From the NCBI RefSeq assembly GCF_003543135.1, contig NZ_DPJG01000016.1: a DNA stretch of 64,000 nucleotides; one strand, written 5' to 3'. Of the stretch, positions 39,284 through 49,742 are shown piece after piece. The position numbers and the translations under genes are program-made. This DNA comes from Rheinheimera sp. (GTDB lineage Bacteria; Pseudomonadota; Gammaproteobacteria; Enterobacterales; Alteromonadaceae). Positions within the stretch are counted from its first letter, which is position 1. Each line of letters begins with the position of its first letter. The notes beneath the pieces are model-generated. The model did not search any database. It saw only the letters and a program-made list of their open reading frames with translations, and was not told the DNA's origin.

Positions 39284-39577
39284 GCGGGGGCGAGACCCCG
39301 CATACGTGCCATGCCGCAGGCATTAATAAATTCAGAATTACCAATAAGTTAGAGCGATTAGGTAGTCGCAGTGAAACCCGGCATACGCGCCATGCCGCTG
39401 GCATCAAACACAACAAAGCTTAGCAACCAACGCTGCCAGGTTGGTTAGGCAACACCAAGCCTCAGCTCAAAACCCAATACCAAATCGGCAAAGTCACAAA
39501 ACTCAGCAACAACCCAAAACCCACCAGGTTCCCCACCATCCTGGGGGCCAGGCCGGCCATAATGGCGATGGCGCCGG
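39284..39577. repeat. 294 bp direct repeat, right copy (includes the 3' end of the intact AEC gene)
   Basis: See 35060-35353. Confidence 0.95.
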
Positions 39578-40364
39578 CGGAAATCATCGGTGGCATGGCG
39601 GCTTCAAAGACCGAGACAGTCACAGCTTTGCCTTCCAAGCCCAGCGCATAACAAACGGCGTAGGCCAATAACGGCATTAAAATCAGTTTGATACTGATGC
39701 CGCTGACCAGCGGTGATAAACGCTCGCCACCGAGCGAAAAGCGCAAGGTAAAACCCACCGCCACCATAATCAGTGGCACTAAGGTTTGTGCCAGGTTGTC
39801 GATCAGCGCCTGGAAAAAACTGGGGTAGGGGGTGTTTTTCAAAAGCAAAGCCGCCACTAAGGCCAGAAAAGGCGGGAAAGTTAAAATTTTCAGGCTGATG
39901 CTTTTGACCGTGGCTTTTTCGGCACTGGGGCTAAAAGCAGCGGCCAGAATAGTGGAGTAGGTGGCAAGGGCGACAAAAGAGCCGGCCTGGTCGTAAATCA
40001 GCGCATAAGGCAGATGATCCCCGCCAAAAAACGCCTCTATCATTGGAAAACCCAAAAACGAGGTATTGCCAAGCGGCAGCACTATTAAAAGTGCTGCGGT
40101 AACATCGCGGCTCCACTGGAAAATTTTACTGAGCAGCAGCACCAAAGCCACCACAATCAACAACAATACCCAGGGCGTCACGGCCGGAATAAGCAGCGCT
40201 GAGGATAAAGTCAGGGCCGGAATTTTCTGCAAAATAAGGGCGGGCAAGGCAATATAAAGCACAAAAGCATTGAGTACAGCCGGTGTGTCCTGGCTGAATT
40301 TGGGGATAAAACGGATGCCAACCCCAATGGCCAGATACAGCAAAATCAGCAGAAAATTATCCAA
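39462..40364 (-). CDS. AEC (auxin efflux carrier) family transporter
   Basis: Multi-TM; LGNTSFLGFPMI and EAAMPPMISA motifs. Confidence 0.9.
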   Translation of the reverse strand: MDNFLLILLYLAIGVGIRFIPKFSQDTPAVLNAFVLYIALPALILQKIPALTLSSALLIPAVTPWVLLLIVVALVLLLSKIFQWSRDVTAALLIVLPLGNTSFLGFPMIEAFFGGDHLPYALIYDQAGSFVALATYSTILAAAFSPSAEKATVKSISLKILTFPPFLALVAALLLKNTPYPSFFQALIDNLAQTLVPLIMVAVGFTLRFSLGGERLSPLVSGISIKLILMPLLAYAVCYALGLEGKAVTVSVFEAAMPPMISAGAIAIMAGLAPRMVGNLVGFGLLLSFVTLPIWYWVLS

Positions 40365-40554
40365 AATTATACTCCAAAGCAGTCAACAGCCAGCAAAAAG
40401 CCTGGAAGCACCGATCATAACCGCTGGCGGTCTTTACCGCTATTCGACTTCTGGTGAACAGGGCATTTTTAAGGTTAAAGCAGTGCTTTACGCAGCTGTC
40501 GCTTTTATGGCTGCGTCTGCGCACCTGTGACTTGCTGAATTCGCGTTTTGAAAA

Positions 40555-40908
40555 CTAAGGTTGCTTTGGCTGCGGCAGTAGTTCTGACAGTAAAGCTCCG
40601 GCAATCAGCCGGTTCTTGTCGGCTTTTTTTAACTGTTTTAGCTGATACTCCCAAAGACTTGCCACACTGCGGTTTGGAGCCTGATATTGCCACACCAGCG
40701 TTAATGGTCCTTTACCGCGTAAAGCTTTGGCGCCACCGGCGAGTTCGCCACTGTGCTGGCGCAAGCGTCGTGCCGGGTCTGTGCTGATGCCGGCATAGAG
40801 TACACCTTTGCCGGTTTGCACCAGATAGACAAACCAGGATTGGGGCGTTTTTGTTTCTGTCTCAGATTGGGGTTCTGGCGCTGCTGACAAAGGTGAAATA
40901 TCCCGCAA
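40555..40908 (-). CDS. GIY-YIG nuclease, UPF0213/YhbQ family
   Basis: WFVYLV..LYAGISTDPARRLRQH..GGAKALRGKGPL. Confidence 0.88.
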   Translation of the reverse strand: MRDISPLSAAPEPQSETETKTPQSWFVYLVQTGKGVLYAGISTDPARRLRQHSGELAGGAKALRGKGPLTLVWQYQAPNRSVASLWEYQLKQLKKADKNRLIAGALLSELLPQPKQP

Positions 40909-41009
40909 AGGTTGATTCTGCTATACTCTGCTCGTTTTTTTGGCCGCCGTTGTTGTAGGCAGCCGTTGTTGTAGGCCGCAAAGGCCAGCGCCCCAATTCA
41001 AGGAACTTT

Positions 41010-42290
41010 ATGCAATTTGCAGATTTGGCGTTAAATGCGCCTATCTTAAAGGCAATCGCCGAGCAGGGCTATCAAAGCCCAACGCCAATTCAGCAAAAAA
41101 CCATACCGGTGATTTTACAAGGCAAAGATGTGTTGGGTGGTGCCCAAACCGGCACCGGCAAAACCGCCGCTTTTACCTTGCCGATATTGCAAAAGCTCAG
41201 CAGTGCGCCCAAAAGCCTGCAAGCCAGACAAGTACGTTGTTTAGTGTTAACACCTACCCGCGAACTCGCCCAGCAGGTGGCCGATAATATTGCCGCTTAT
41301 GCCCGGCATTTGCCGCTGAAAACTGCAGTGTTTTATGGTGGTGTGTCGATGAACCCACAGCTGGAAGCTGCTGAAGGCGGGCTGGATATTTTAATCGCCA
41401 CACCAGGCCGGCTGTTGGACCATATGCATCAGGGCACCATCAGCTTGTATCAGCTGGAAGTGTTAGTGCTGGATGAAGCCGACCGCATGCTGGATATGGG
41501 CTTTATTCATGACATTAAAAGGGTGATGGCCAAGTTACCCCCTGAGCGGCAAACGCTGTTGTTCTCTGCCACCTTTTCCAAAGAAATCAAAGAGCTGGCG
41601 GATACCTTACTGAAAAGCCCTGAGCTGATTGAAGTGGCCACCGCCAACTCGGCGTCCGCCCAGGTGCAGCAGCTGGCGTTTCGGGTCGATTCGCAGCGTA
41701 AACGTGAGTTGTTATCTCATGTGATAGGTGCCCGTAACTGGCAACAGGTGCTGATTTTCAGCCGCACTAAACATGGTGCCGACCGCCTCAGTAAACAGCT
41801 GGCGCTCGATGGTATTGAAGCGGCCAGTATTCATGGTGATAAAAGTCAGGGCCACAGAACCAAAGTGCTGCAGGATTTTAAAGACGGCAATCTGCGGGTA
41901 TTGGTGGCTACAGACATCGCCGCCCGTGGCCTTGATATTGAAGATTTGCCGATAGTGGTGAATTACGATTTGCCGCATGTGGCGGAAGATTATGTCCACC
42001 GTATTGGCCGCACCGGCCGAGCAGGCCGTTTTGGTCTGGCGGTGACTTTAGTGACGCCTGATGATTTACCGATGCTGGCACAAATTGAAAAACTGATTAA
42101 ACAGGTGATAGAGCAGCAGGTATTGCCGGGTTATGAGCATAACCCCAAGTTTAATCACTCCAGTAAAGCCAAAGAAGATGCTGCTGATGCTGAAGTAAAA
42201 ATGAAGAAAAAAATCAGCAATAACAAAAAGTTGTCTATTGAAAAGGCCAAACTGCGCGCTATAGCGCTTGGTAAAAAAAGGCCACAATAA
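41010..42290 (+). CDS. DEAD-box RNA helicase (RhlE-like)
   Basis: [20 protein letters not shown] and [10 protein letters not shown]. Confidence 0.95.
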   Translation: MQFADLALNAPILKAIAEQGYQSPTPIQQKTIPVILQGKDVLGGAQTGTGKTAAFTLPILQKLSSAPKSLQARQVRCLVLTPTRELAQQVADNIAAYARHLPLKTAVFYGGVSMNPQLEAAEGGLDILIATPGRLLDHMHQGTISLYQLEVLVLDEADRMLDMGFIHDIKRVMAKLPPERQTLLFSATFSKEIKELADTLLKSPELIEVATANSASAQVQQLAFRVDSQRKRELLSHVIGARNWQQVLIFSRTKHGADRLSKQLALDGIEAASIHGDKSQGHRTKVLQDFKDGNLRVLVATDIAARGLDIEDLPIVVNYDLPHVAEDYVHRIGRTGRAGRFGLAVTLVTPDDLPMLAQIEKLIKQVIEQQVLPGYEHNPKFNHSSKAKEDAADAEVKMKKKISNNKKLSIEKAKLRAIALGKKRPQ

Positions 42291-42378
42291 CAGCGGCTGG
42301 TATCTGGCCTATTGTTGTAAAAACGAAAGGAGCCAATGGCTCCTTTGTTGTTCGATAAAACAGGCAGCTTTGTGCTGC

Positions 42379-42900
42379 TTAACCATCCACAGGTTCAAGC
42401 GGCGTTTTTAACGTCAGCTGATAAAAAGCCAAATCCAGATAACGGCCAAACTTAAAACCGGCCTGGGTAATGGTGCCGCTGTGCACAAAACCATGTTTTT
42501 GGTGCAAGGCAATACTGCCGCTGTTGCTGGCATCAATGCCACCAATCAGCAGGTGATAACCTTGTTGCTCTGCGCTTTTAATCAGCTGTTGCAACATCAG
42601 GCTGCCATAACCTTTGCCCTGATGATCCGGGTGCACATAAACCGAATGCTCCACCGAATATTTAAAAGCCGGAAATGCGCGAAAAGTGCCATAACTGCCA
42701 AAAGCCAGCAGCTCACCCTCATTGTTTTTTAACCCCCAGACCGGGAAATTGCCGGCAGCTTTGTTGGCAAACCACTGCTGCATAGTGTCCAGCGTGCGTG
42801 GTTTGTATTCATATAAAGCTGTGGTGTGCAAAATGGCGTGGTTAAAAATAGCCAGAATGGCTTTGGCGTCTGTATCAAACTGGCAAAGCGAAAGTTGCAT
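42379..42900 (-). CDS. GNAT N-acetyltransferase (YncA/phosphinothricin acetyltransferase-like)
   Basis: VEHSVYVHPDHQGKGYG, SIALHQKHGF and GFKFGRYLD. Confidence 0.88.
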   Translation of the reverse strand: MQLSLCQFDTDAKAILAIFNHAILHTTALYEYKPRTLDTMQQWFANKAAGNFPVWGLKNNEGELLAFGSYGTFRAFPAFKYSVEHSVYVHPDHQGKGYGSLMLQQLIKSAEQQGYHLLIGGIDASNSGSIALHQKHGFVHSGTITQAGFKFGRYLDLAFYQLTLKTPLEPVDG

Positions 42901-42931
42901 CCGGCTATTCCTGTGTTGCTGTGCGGCTGTG

Positions 42932-43210
42932 TTAACTGCGGTAAAGGGTTTTGATCAAATGAAAACCAAACTGGGTTTTTACCGGACCATGAACTTCTAA
43001 TAATGGCTTTTTAAACACCACATCGTCAAAAGGTTTTACCATTTGGCCGGCACGGAATTCGCCTAAATCACCGCCTTTTTTCCCTGAAGGGCATAAGGAG
43101 TGTTTTTTCGCAAGCTCATGAAAATTAGCACCTTTGGCCAATTGTTGTTTCAGGTTTTGGGCTTCTTCCTGGGTTTTTACCAGGATATGACAAGCACAGG
43201 CTCTGGCCAT
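42932..43210 (-). CDS. ppiC: Parvulin peptidyl-prolyl isomerase
   Basis: [22 protein letters not shown] and TQFGFHLI; 92 aa from the ATG at 43210. Confidence 0.93.
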   Translation of the reverse strand: MARACACHILVKTQEEAQNLKQQLAKGANFHELAKKHSLCPSGKKGGDLGEFRAGQMVKPFDDVVFKKPLLEVHGPVKTQFGFHLIKTLYRS

Positions 43211-43388
43211 CAGTTTTACTCCTACCACATGATTCTGAGCGCGCGACTGCAACGCGGCCGCGCATTTTAATGGAAAACTCAGGTTCGCAACAGTAGCTGT
43301 TTAGACCAGTGCCGGCGTTTTGTCATTGACAGCCAGGGGCATAAATGAGTAAAGCTATGTTTTATAAAAATAAAAACGGAGGGAAAAA

Positions 43389-45209
43389 ATGGCAAAGTGG
43401 TTGTTAAGAATTTTTGGGGTACTGCTGTTGGCTGCAGCTGTGCTGGTGGTGAATGCGGTCTGGTTTAAACCTTTTTCCAGCCGGGTATTTTATGAACGGG
43501 TGTTTCTGGAATTTGGTCTCACCAGCCCGGAGCTGCTGACTCAACTGCGGCTACTGGAGTCTTTTGGCCTTCGCTCCCACAATGCGCAGCTGGACGATCG
43601 CAGTCAGCAGGCGGCTGATCAGCAGTTTGCCAAAATGAAAACCGACCTTGCCACACTGCGCAGTTATGACCGCAATGCGATGTCTGAAGCACAGCGGCTG
43701 AACTACGACATGCTGGAGTGGTTTATGGCGCATAGCAGTGAAGGCGAGCGCTGGCGTTATCACAGTTATCCGGTCAATCAGCTGTTTGGGATTCAAAGCA
43801 ATTTACCGAAATTTATGGTCAGCAGCCATCCGCTGGCGGATTTAACCGACGCTGAACACTATATCAGCCGGTTAAACCAGTTCCGGCGGGTATTTAGTCA
43901 GGTGGTCGAAGATTTAAAAATCCGCGCTGATAAAGGCGTGATCCCACCGCGTTTTGTGCTGGAAAAAGTATTGGCCGAGATCGAAGGTTTTACTGCCGGC
44001 AAGCTGGAAGACCAGCTGCTGTATAAACATTTTGCCGATAAAATCAGTGAGCTTCATAGCATTGATGCCAACACGGCGAGCCGGCTGAAACAACAGGTGG
44101 GCGATGCTGTGCAGCAGTCTGTTAAACCAGCCTATCAGGAGCTCAGCAGCTATTTACAAACCTTATTGGCACAAAGCAGCACCGACGATGGTGTCTGGAA
44201 GTTACCCGATGGTGATGCTTATTACGCTTATATGTTAAAACAACACACCACCACTGACCTGACACCTGAGCAAATCCATCAGCTGGGTCTGGCGGAAGTT
44301 GCCCGTATTCAGGCACAAATGCTGGAGATTTTAACGGCGCAAGGCCACAGCGGTGATTCTGTAGCTGCCATGATGACAGCGCTGGGTGATGATCCGCAGT
44401 TTTTATATCCGGATACTGTGGATGCCCGCCAGCAAATTCTGGCTGACTATAAAACCCTGCTGGTTGATATTAATACCAGATTAGAACCTGCTTTTAATAT
44501 CAGACCCAAAGCTGAGATGGATGTAAAGCGGGTGCCGGAATTTAGTGAAAAAACTGCGCCTGGTGCTTATTACAATGCACCGGCCATGGATGGTTCACGT
44601 CCTGGTGTGTTTTACGCCAATTTGTATGACGTGCGGGCCACACCCAAATTTGGTATGAAAACCCTGGCGGTACATGAAGGTATTCCGGGCCATCATTTCC
44701 AGATTGCTATTCAGCAGGAATTAAAGGGGTTACCCACCTTTCGCAAAATTCTGCCTTTTACGGTTTATTCAGAGGGCTGGGCGCTTTACAGCGAAAAACT
44801 GATGGCAGAACTTGGTTTGTATGAAAACGACCCTTATGGCGATTTAGGCCGTTTGCAGGCGGAGTTATTCCGCGCTATCCGCTTGGTGGTCGATACTGGT
44901 ATTCACCACAAACGCTGGACACGGGAGCAGGCTATTACCTATATGAGCGGCAACTCAGGGCTGGCATCTTCTGATGTGCAGGCCGAAGTTGAGCGTTATA
45001 TTGTGATGCCGGGACAGGCCTGTGCTTATAAAATTGGCATGCTGAAAATTGTGGAATTGCGCGAAAAAGCCAAACAGGAACTGGGGCCTCAATTTAAGCT
45101 GACCGATTTTCATGATGTAGTGCTGAAAAACGGCGCTATGCCAATTGCCATTCTGGAGCGGGTGGTGGAGCAATATATTCAGACGACCAAACAAGGTGCA
45201 GCAGCCTGA
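43389..45209 (+). CDS. DUF885 family protein (putative peptidase)
   Basis: HEGIPGHHFQI, YSEGWALYSE, RLVVDTGIH and PGQACAYKIG. Confidence 0.9.
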   Translation: MAKWLLRIFGVLLLAAAVLVVNAVWFKPFSSRVFYERVFLEFGLTSPELLTQLRLLESFGLRSHNAQLDDRSQQAADQQFAKMKTDLATLRSYDRNAMSEAQRLNYDMLEWFMAHSSEGERWRYHSYPVNQLFGIQSNLPKFMVSSHPLADLTDAEHYISRLNQFRRVFSQVVEDLKIRADKGVIPPRFVLEKVLAEIEGFTAGKLEDQLLYKHFADKISELHSIDANTASRLKQQVGDAVQQSVKPAYQELSSYLQTLLAQSSTDDGVWKLPDGDAYYAYMLKQHTTTDLTPEQIHQLGLAEVARIQAQMLEILTAQGHSGDSVAAMMTALGDDPQFLYPDTVDARQQILADYKTLLVDINTRLEPAFNIRPKAEMDVKRVPEFSEKTAPGAYYNAPAMDGSRPGVFYANLYDVRATPKFGMKTLAVHEGIPGHHFQIAIQQELKGLPTFRKILPFTVYSEGWALYSEKLMAELGLYENDPYGDLGRLQAELFRAIRLVVDTGIHHKRWTREQAITYMSGNSGLASSDVQAEVERYIVMPGQACAYKIGMLKIVELREKAKQELGPQFKLTDFHDVVLKNGAMPIAILERVVEQYIQTTKQGAAA

Positions 45210-45472
45210 GTTGTCAAAGTGTAAGCCCTGCCAGATGGCGGGGCTTTATCATGTTGAACACACAACAAAGCAACTGCAAAATAAGACCGCTATTTACAAA
45301 AAGGCTATTTCACACCAAGGCCATTTCACAACAAGGCACCTGGCGTGCAAATGAGTGTCCAAAATAGCCTGTGGTGGGCAAGATAAAAAACGGCGCCTTA
45401 GCGCCGTTTTGTGTTTATTACCAAGCACCCGCTTAGCGGATGCTTGTTCTGTCTGAAAAGCAGTGCTGCTGA

Positions 45473-46024
45473 TTAATAAGCAACGTCGCGTTTTTCAATC
45501 AGATCCAGCCGAACTTCCTGCACCAGGGCAGATTCAGCCAGCGCTTTTTTCAGTTTCATCAGGTTGGTATTGGCTTTGGCTTGTAACAACACCAGACGCT
45601 CATCACCAGCACTTTGCACCAGAGTTAAATCAAACTCTTTTTGCAGTTGGGCAAGTTGAGAGGCATCTTTTAACAATACGCTGACAATACCACTGTAATG
45701 ACCGAATTCACCTGTCATGCGGTTTTTCACCACAGTACCAGGCACAATGTCAGTGCTGTACTGAATTTGTGGGCTCACACTGCGCACAATCACCTGTTCA
45801 CCAAAGCTGGCAACCACATCAGCAGACTGTGCTGTTTCGGCTGCCACAACCCGCAGTTCAGGCTGAACTTCATAAATAGAGCCACGCAGGGCTTTTTTGG
45901 TCGCAGGCTGAGTTTGTTCAGCTTGTTTGGTCAGTTGACGCAACTCTTTGTCCTGTTCAGTCGCGGTCGCTGGCAAAGCCATGGCGGTGATGAGCAGTGC
46001 CAAAGCAGATAATTTTGTATTCAT
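45473..46024 (-). CDS. Secreted protein, probable external chaperone of the upstream protease (Aeromonas ASP ORF2-like)
   Basis: Signal peptide; 15 nt downstream of the S8 gene; VVKNRMTGEFGHYSGIVSV resembles the ORF2 core as I recall it. Confidence 0.55.
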   Translation of the reverse strand: MNTKLSALALLITAMALPATATEQDKELRQLTKQAEQTQPATKKALRGSIYEVQPELRVVAAETAQSADVVASFGEQVIVRSVSPQIQYSTDIVPGTVVKNRMTGEFGHYSGIVSVLLKDASQLAQLQKEFDLTLVQSAGDERLVLLQAKANTNLMKLKKALAESALVQEVRLDLIEKRDVAY

Positions 46025-46039
46025 CGTTTATTCCTCGAC

Positions 46040-48316
46040 TTAGTGACCAAAGACACGCAGTGCTACACCTTCAACCTGAGAGGCTTCGCTGTTATTCATA
46101 TAACCATCAACTTCCAGAATACCGCCCGCAGAAGCGTAGTCAGTACCGTTGACGTCCAGTACACGGATTTTCCAGGTACCTTTGGCTGATTCACCATAAA
46201 ACGCATTGCTTAACAGTACTGTGTCTTTGAGCAGATAACCCGGGTTATCAGAGAAATCCGGGTCTAATGCCGGGTAAATCAGTGCTTGTTTAGACGACAA
46301 CAGCACACTGCGGGTTCCGGCAGGTGATGTCACTTCAATCGCTAAGTCGATACCGGCAGTGGTCTGGAATACACCGTCTGCAGTTTCAAAACCGTAGCTG
46401 TATTCCGGGTTGCTGATGCTGAATTTAAACTGAGCACCTTCCAGTTTGATATCGTCAGTCACTTCAATGCTCAGCTCTGCACCGGCGACGCTGTTGTCAG
46501 GAACTTCCAGTGCCAGCGCTTGTTTATCAGCTGCATAAACGCCTAAGCCTTTCCAGGCAGATACTTTTTCCGCTGGTAACGCTTTGTGTTGTTTTGCTAA
46601 AGCAACAGCTTTGCCTGCGTCAACACGACCAAAACCGTAGTTGTTGTTAAATTCATAACCGGCTTTGTTTTTCACCCAACCCTGATGGGCAACAAAGTCG
46701 CCATCCGCTGTTTTCAGTGTCACTGCTTTGTTCGCTGCATCCACTTTGGTACTGGTTTGTACCAGAATGTCGCGCACATCACGGTAGCTCAGGTTCGGAT
46801 TGGCTGACAGCATCAGGCTGACCACACCAGAAGCATTTGGCGCTGCTGATGAAGTACCGTTAAAGGTTGAAGTGTAGTTACAGCTTGTGTTGTCTTCATG
46901 ACCCGGGTTATTAAACGGGAAATAACCGGCAAAAAAGCCTGGCCAGTAAGCTTTATCGTAGTTATCCACACCGGTAAAGCTGCTGTAACCGCGTAAACAG
47001 GTCATTTGATCTGTGGTCACCATGGCCGGGGCGAAGGTACCGTATTCACCGGCAGGGGCAGACACTAACAGGTTGGCACCGGCGGTAGAATAACTGGTGT
47101 GTTTACCATCAGAGTTTACCGCGGCAACTGTCATGTAATAAGGCGTGTTCTGGCTTGGCTCTAAAGCACCGTTGTAGCAGGTTAAGCCCAGTGCGTTGGC
47201 GCCGTTGTCCCAACACAGATCAGCATCATATTCGTTGCCGTCCAGGAATGAGTTACCGGCAGCTTTAACGTTTACAACACCTTTACCGGCGCGCAGCACT
47301 TTGGCGCTGTAAGCCTGGATCACTTCTGACTGCTCACTGTAAGCAATAGCGGCAGGCACAGTAGTACCGTAGCTGCGGTTAAAAACGGCAACTGGTTCGT
47401 TGACACCAATACCACTGCCTGGGTGGCCGTGAATTAACAGAGTGCTACGGGCGCCCTGAGAGGCCAGGTAATTCATACCAATCAGTTGGGCATCAGGTGC
47501 TACACCACGACCACCCAGACCGTTCCAGCCCGTTGCAGCAATTAAACCGGCAACACTGGTACCGTGGTCGCCACCTGTGGCCATACTGGTTGGGTTGGTT
47601 GGGTCGGCTGCGCCTTTCACCAGATTTAACGAGCGGTTTGGTAACACGTTCGCCACCAAATCTTCGTGGTTAATTTCCAGGCCGCTGTCGACCACGACGG
47701 CAATAGTATTTTTACCTGTCGCGCCTAAAGCATAAGCGCCCAGAACGTTCATATCTTCGTTTGGTTTTAACACTGAAGGGTCGATACGTTTTGCCGCACG
47801 CGCGTCAGCATCTTCTTTGCTCCAGCCCAGAATGCGTTGCAACTGTAACGAATACTGTGCAACCAGGCTGTCGCTCATGGCATAGGCTTTTTGGCCTGTG
47901 TTGCGTAAATGCCATTGTTGATCAGCCAGTGGATCTGTTTTTGAAGCGCCGATCTGGATGGTGGCAGTGCTGCTTTCTTTGCCGTCAGACACTGTGTAGC
48001 TAAACACTGTGGCGCCTGGTTTTAACGCTGTGTAGCTGAATTCAGGACCTGTCAGCACCAGGTTGCCGTTTTTTAACGCATACACGCCATTTTTAGGTGT
48101 GATAGCAACACCGTCTTCGGCGATTTTAGTGATAGTCATCGGATCACCGTCGACATCACTGGCCACTAATTTGCCGGTAATTGGCACCCAAACCAAACCG
48201 CCGGCAAAACTTTCGCTTTTAACTTGCGGAGCTGTATTTTTACTGTCACTACCGCCACACGCAGTCAGCGCAATCAGCACTGATGCAGAGATAAGCGTTC
48301 TTTTAAGTTGAAGCAT
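46040..48316 (-). CDS. Lipoprotein S8 (kexin/furin-like) serine protease with Ig/cadherin-like N-domain and P-domain
   Basis: Lipobox LTAC; VVDSG (Asp), DHGTSVAG (His), AAGN, GTSSAAP (Ser); C-terminal P-domain. Confidence 0.92.
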   Translation of the reverse strand: MLQLKRTLISASVLIALTACGGSDSKNTAPQVKSESFAGGLVWVPITGKLVASDVDGDPMTITKIAEDGVAITPKNGVYALKNGNLVLTGPEFSYTALKPGATVFSYTVSDGKESSTATIQIGASKTDPLADQQWHLRNTGQKAYAMSDSLVAQYSLQLQRILGWSKEDADARAAKRIDPSVLKPNEDMNVLGAYALGATGKNTIAVVVDSGLEINHEDLVANVLPNRSLNLVKGAADPTNPTSMATGGDHGTSVAGLIAATGWNGLGGRGVAPDAQLIGMNYLASQGARSTLLIHGHPGSGIGVNEPVAVFNRSYGTTVPAAIAYSEQSEVIQAYSAKVLRAGKGVVNVKAAGNSFLDGNEYDADLCWDNGANALGLTCYNGALEPSQNTPYYMTVAAVNSDGKHTSYSTAGANLLVSAPAGEYGTFAPAMVTTDQMTCLRGYSSFTGVDNYDKAYWPGFFAGYFPFNNPGHEDNTSCNYTSTFNGTSSAAPNASGVVSLMLSANPNLSYRDVRDILVQTSTKVDAANKAVTLKTADGDFVAHQGWVKNKAGYEFNNNYGFGRVDAGKAVALAKQHKALPAEKVSAWKGLGVYAADKQALALEVPDNSVAGAELSIEVTDDIKLEGAQFKFSISNPEYSYGFETADGVFQTTAGIDLAIEVTSPAGTRSVLLSSKQALIYPALDPDFSDNPGYLLKDTVLLSNAFYGESAKGTWKIRVLDVNGTDYASAGGILEVDGYMNNSEASQVEGVALRVFGH

Positions 48317-48498
48317 GATGATTCCCTGATATTTATTGTCACTAAAAAATAAAGCGCATCCGATGCTAACATTTTGCTCAGGGTGTTTACTATTTTTTAA
48401 TAAAAAAACCTAAATTGAGTGACTAAAAAACAAACAAAAAAAGCACCTGACTGGTGCTTTTTTACGTTTTGATTGCAATTTAACGTGAAATTGCTGTT

Positions 48499-49620
48499 TT
48501 AAGCTGGCTGCTGCTGGGTAATACAGTGCACATTACCACCGCCGAGCAGAATTTCCCGGCCAGGCACTGTTACCACCTGATGCTGTGGAAATACCTTGCT
48601 TAAAATTTCAACCGCAACTTTATCCATCGGATCGTCAAAAGTTGGTAACACCAGGCCGCCATTACATAAATAAAAATTAATGTAAGAACCAGCAAGACGC
48701 GCCTGGGCTTCCCTCGGAGTGGCTGCGCCTGTTAAATCAACAGTTGCGTACTCTTCCGCTTTGGCCAATAACGGGCCTGGCACCGGCAGTTTATGAATAA
48801 TAAACTTACGGCCTTTGGCGTCGGTGCTGTTTTCCAGCACTTCCAGCGCTGCTTTAGAGCGGGCATATTGTGGGTCAGACTCGTCGTCAGTCCAGGCCAG
48901 CAGCACTTCGCCAGGGCGGACAAAACAACACATGTTGTCCACATGACCGTCGGTTTCGTCATTAAAAATGCCGTCTTCGAGCCAAATCACTTTGTCGATG
49001 CCAAGGTAATCACTGAGCTTTTGTTCAATCTGGCTTTTGGTTAAATGCGGGTTACGGTTTTTATTCAATAAACACTCGGCCGTGGTTAATAAAGTGCCTT
49101 CACCGTCGGTGTGAATAGCGCCGCCTTCCAGCACAAAACCTTCAGTGCGGTAACGGGGCAGACCTTCGACATTCAGTACCTTTTGCGCCACCTGATCGTC
49201 TTTATCCCAAGGGAAATATAAACCGCCGTCCAGACCGCCCCAGGCATTAAAGGTCCAGTCTACACCCCGTACTTCTTTGCCATTGGTGACAAAAGTAGGG
49301 CCAGTGTCGCGGCACCAGGCGTCGTCGGTTGACACTTCAATCACGCGGATTGGGTGATTGGTGGGCTCCATTGCCAGCTGGGCCTGGGTGTTGGCAAACT
49401 GTTTTGCAGATGCCATCACAGTGACAGGTTCAAAACGGGCAATAGCACGAATGACCGCACAAAATGCCTGTTGTGCCGGCTTAGCACCTAAGCGCCAGTT
49501 GTCGGTGCGTTCCGGCCATACCAGCCAGGTTTGTTTGTGGGTCGCCCATTCGGCCGGCATATAAAAACCGTCGGCTCTTGGGGTGCTTTGTAAGGTACGA
49601 TCTGAAATAAATCCGCTCAC
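48499..49620 (-). CDS. aguA: Agmatine deiminase
   Basis: [31 protein letters not shown] and [13 protein letters not shown]. Confidence 0.96.
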   Translation of the reverse strand: MSGFISDRTLQSTPRADGFYMPAEWATHKQTWLVWPERTDNWRLGAKPAQQAFCAVIRAIARFEPVTVMASAKQFANTQAQLAMEPTNHPIRVIEVSTDDAWCRDTGPTFVTNGKEVRGVDWTFNAWGGLDGGLYFPWDKDDQVAQKVLNVEGLPRYRTEGFVLEGGAIHTDGEGTLLTTAECLLNKNRNPHLTKSQIEQKLSDYLGIDKVIWLEDGIFNDETDGHVDNMCCFVRPGEVLLAWTDDESDPQYARSKAALEVLENSTDAKGRKFIIHKLPVPGPLLAKAEEYATVDLTGAATPREAQARLAGSYINFYLCNGGLVLPTFDDPMDKVAVEILSKVFPQHQVVTVPGREILLGGGNVHCITQQQPA

Positions 49621-49742
49621 GTCAGGATCCTTATGCTGGTCCAGAGTTCTGGACTAAAGATGACTGCTGAAAAATACTCAGGCCAGAAATCTCCGGCCTG
49701 ATGTGATGTATTGATAAGGCGTGGGTTTTACCCCTGAATGCC

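Noticed and set aside
33400-39600. CRISPR array or integron attC array
   Set aside because: The repeats are not regularly spaced with unique spacers. There are no cas or intI genes, and I could not find RYYYAAC/GTTRRRY core pairs bounding the ORFs.
40555-40908. GIY-YIG protein as a homing endonuclease or the mobiliser of the nearby island
   Set aside because: It is the short, widespread YhbQ/UPF0213 type with host-like composition and lies outside the direct repeats.
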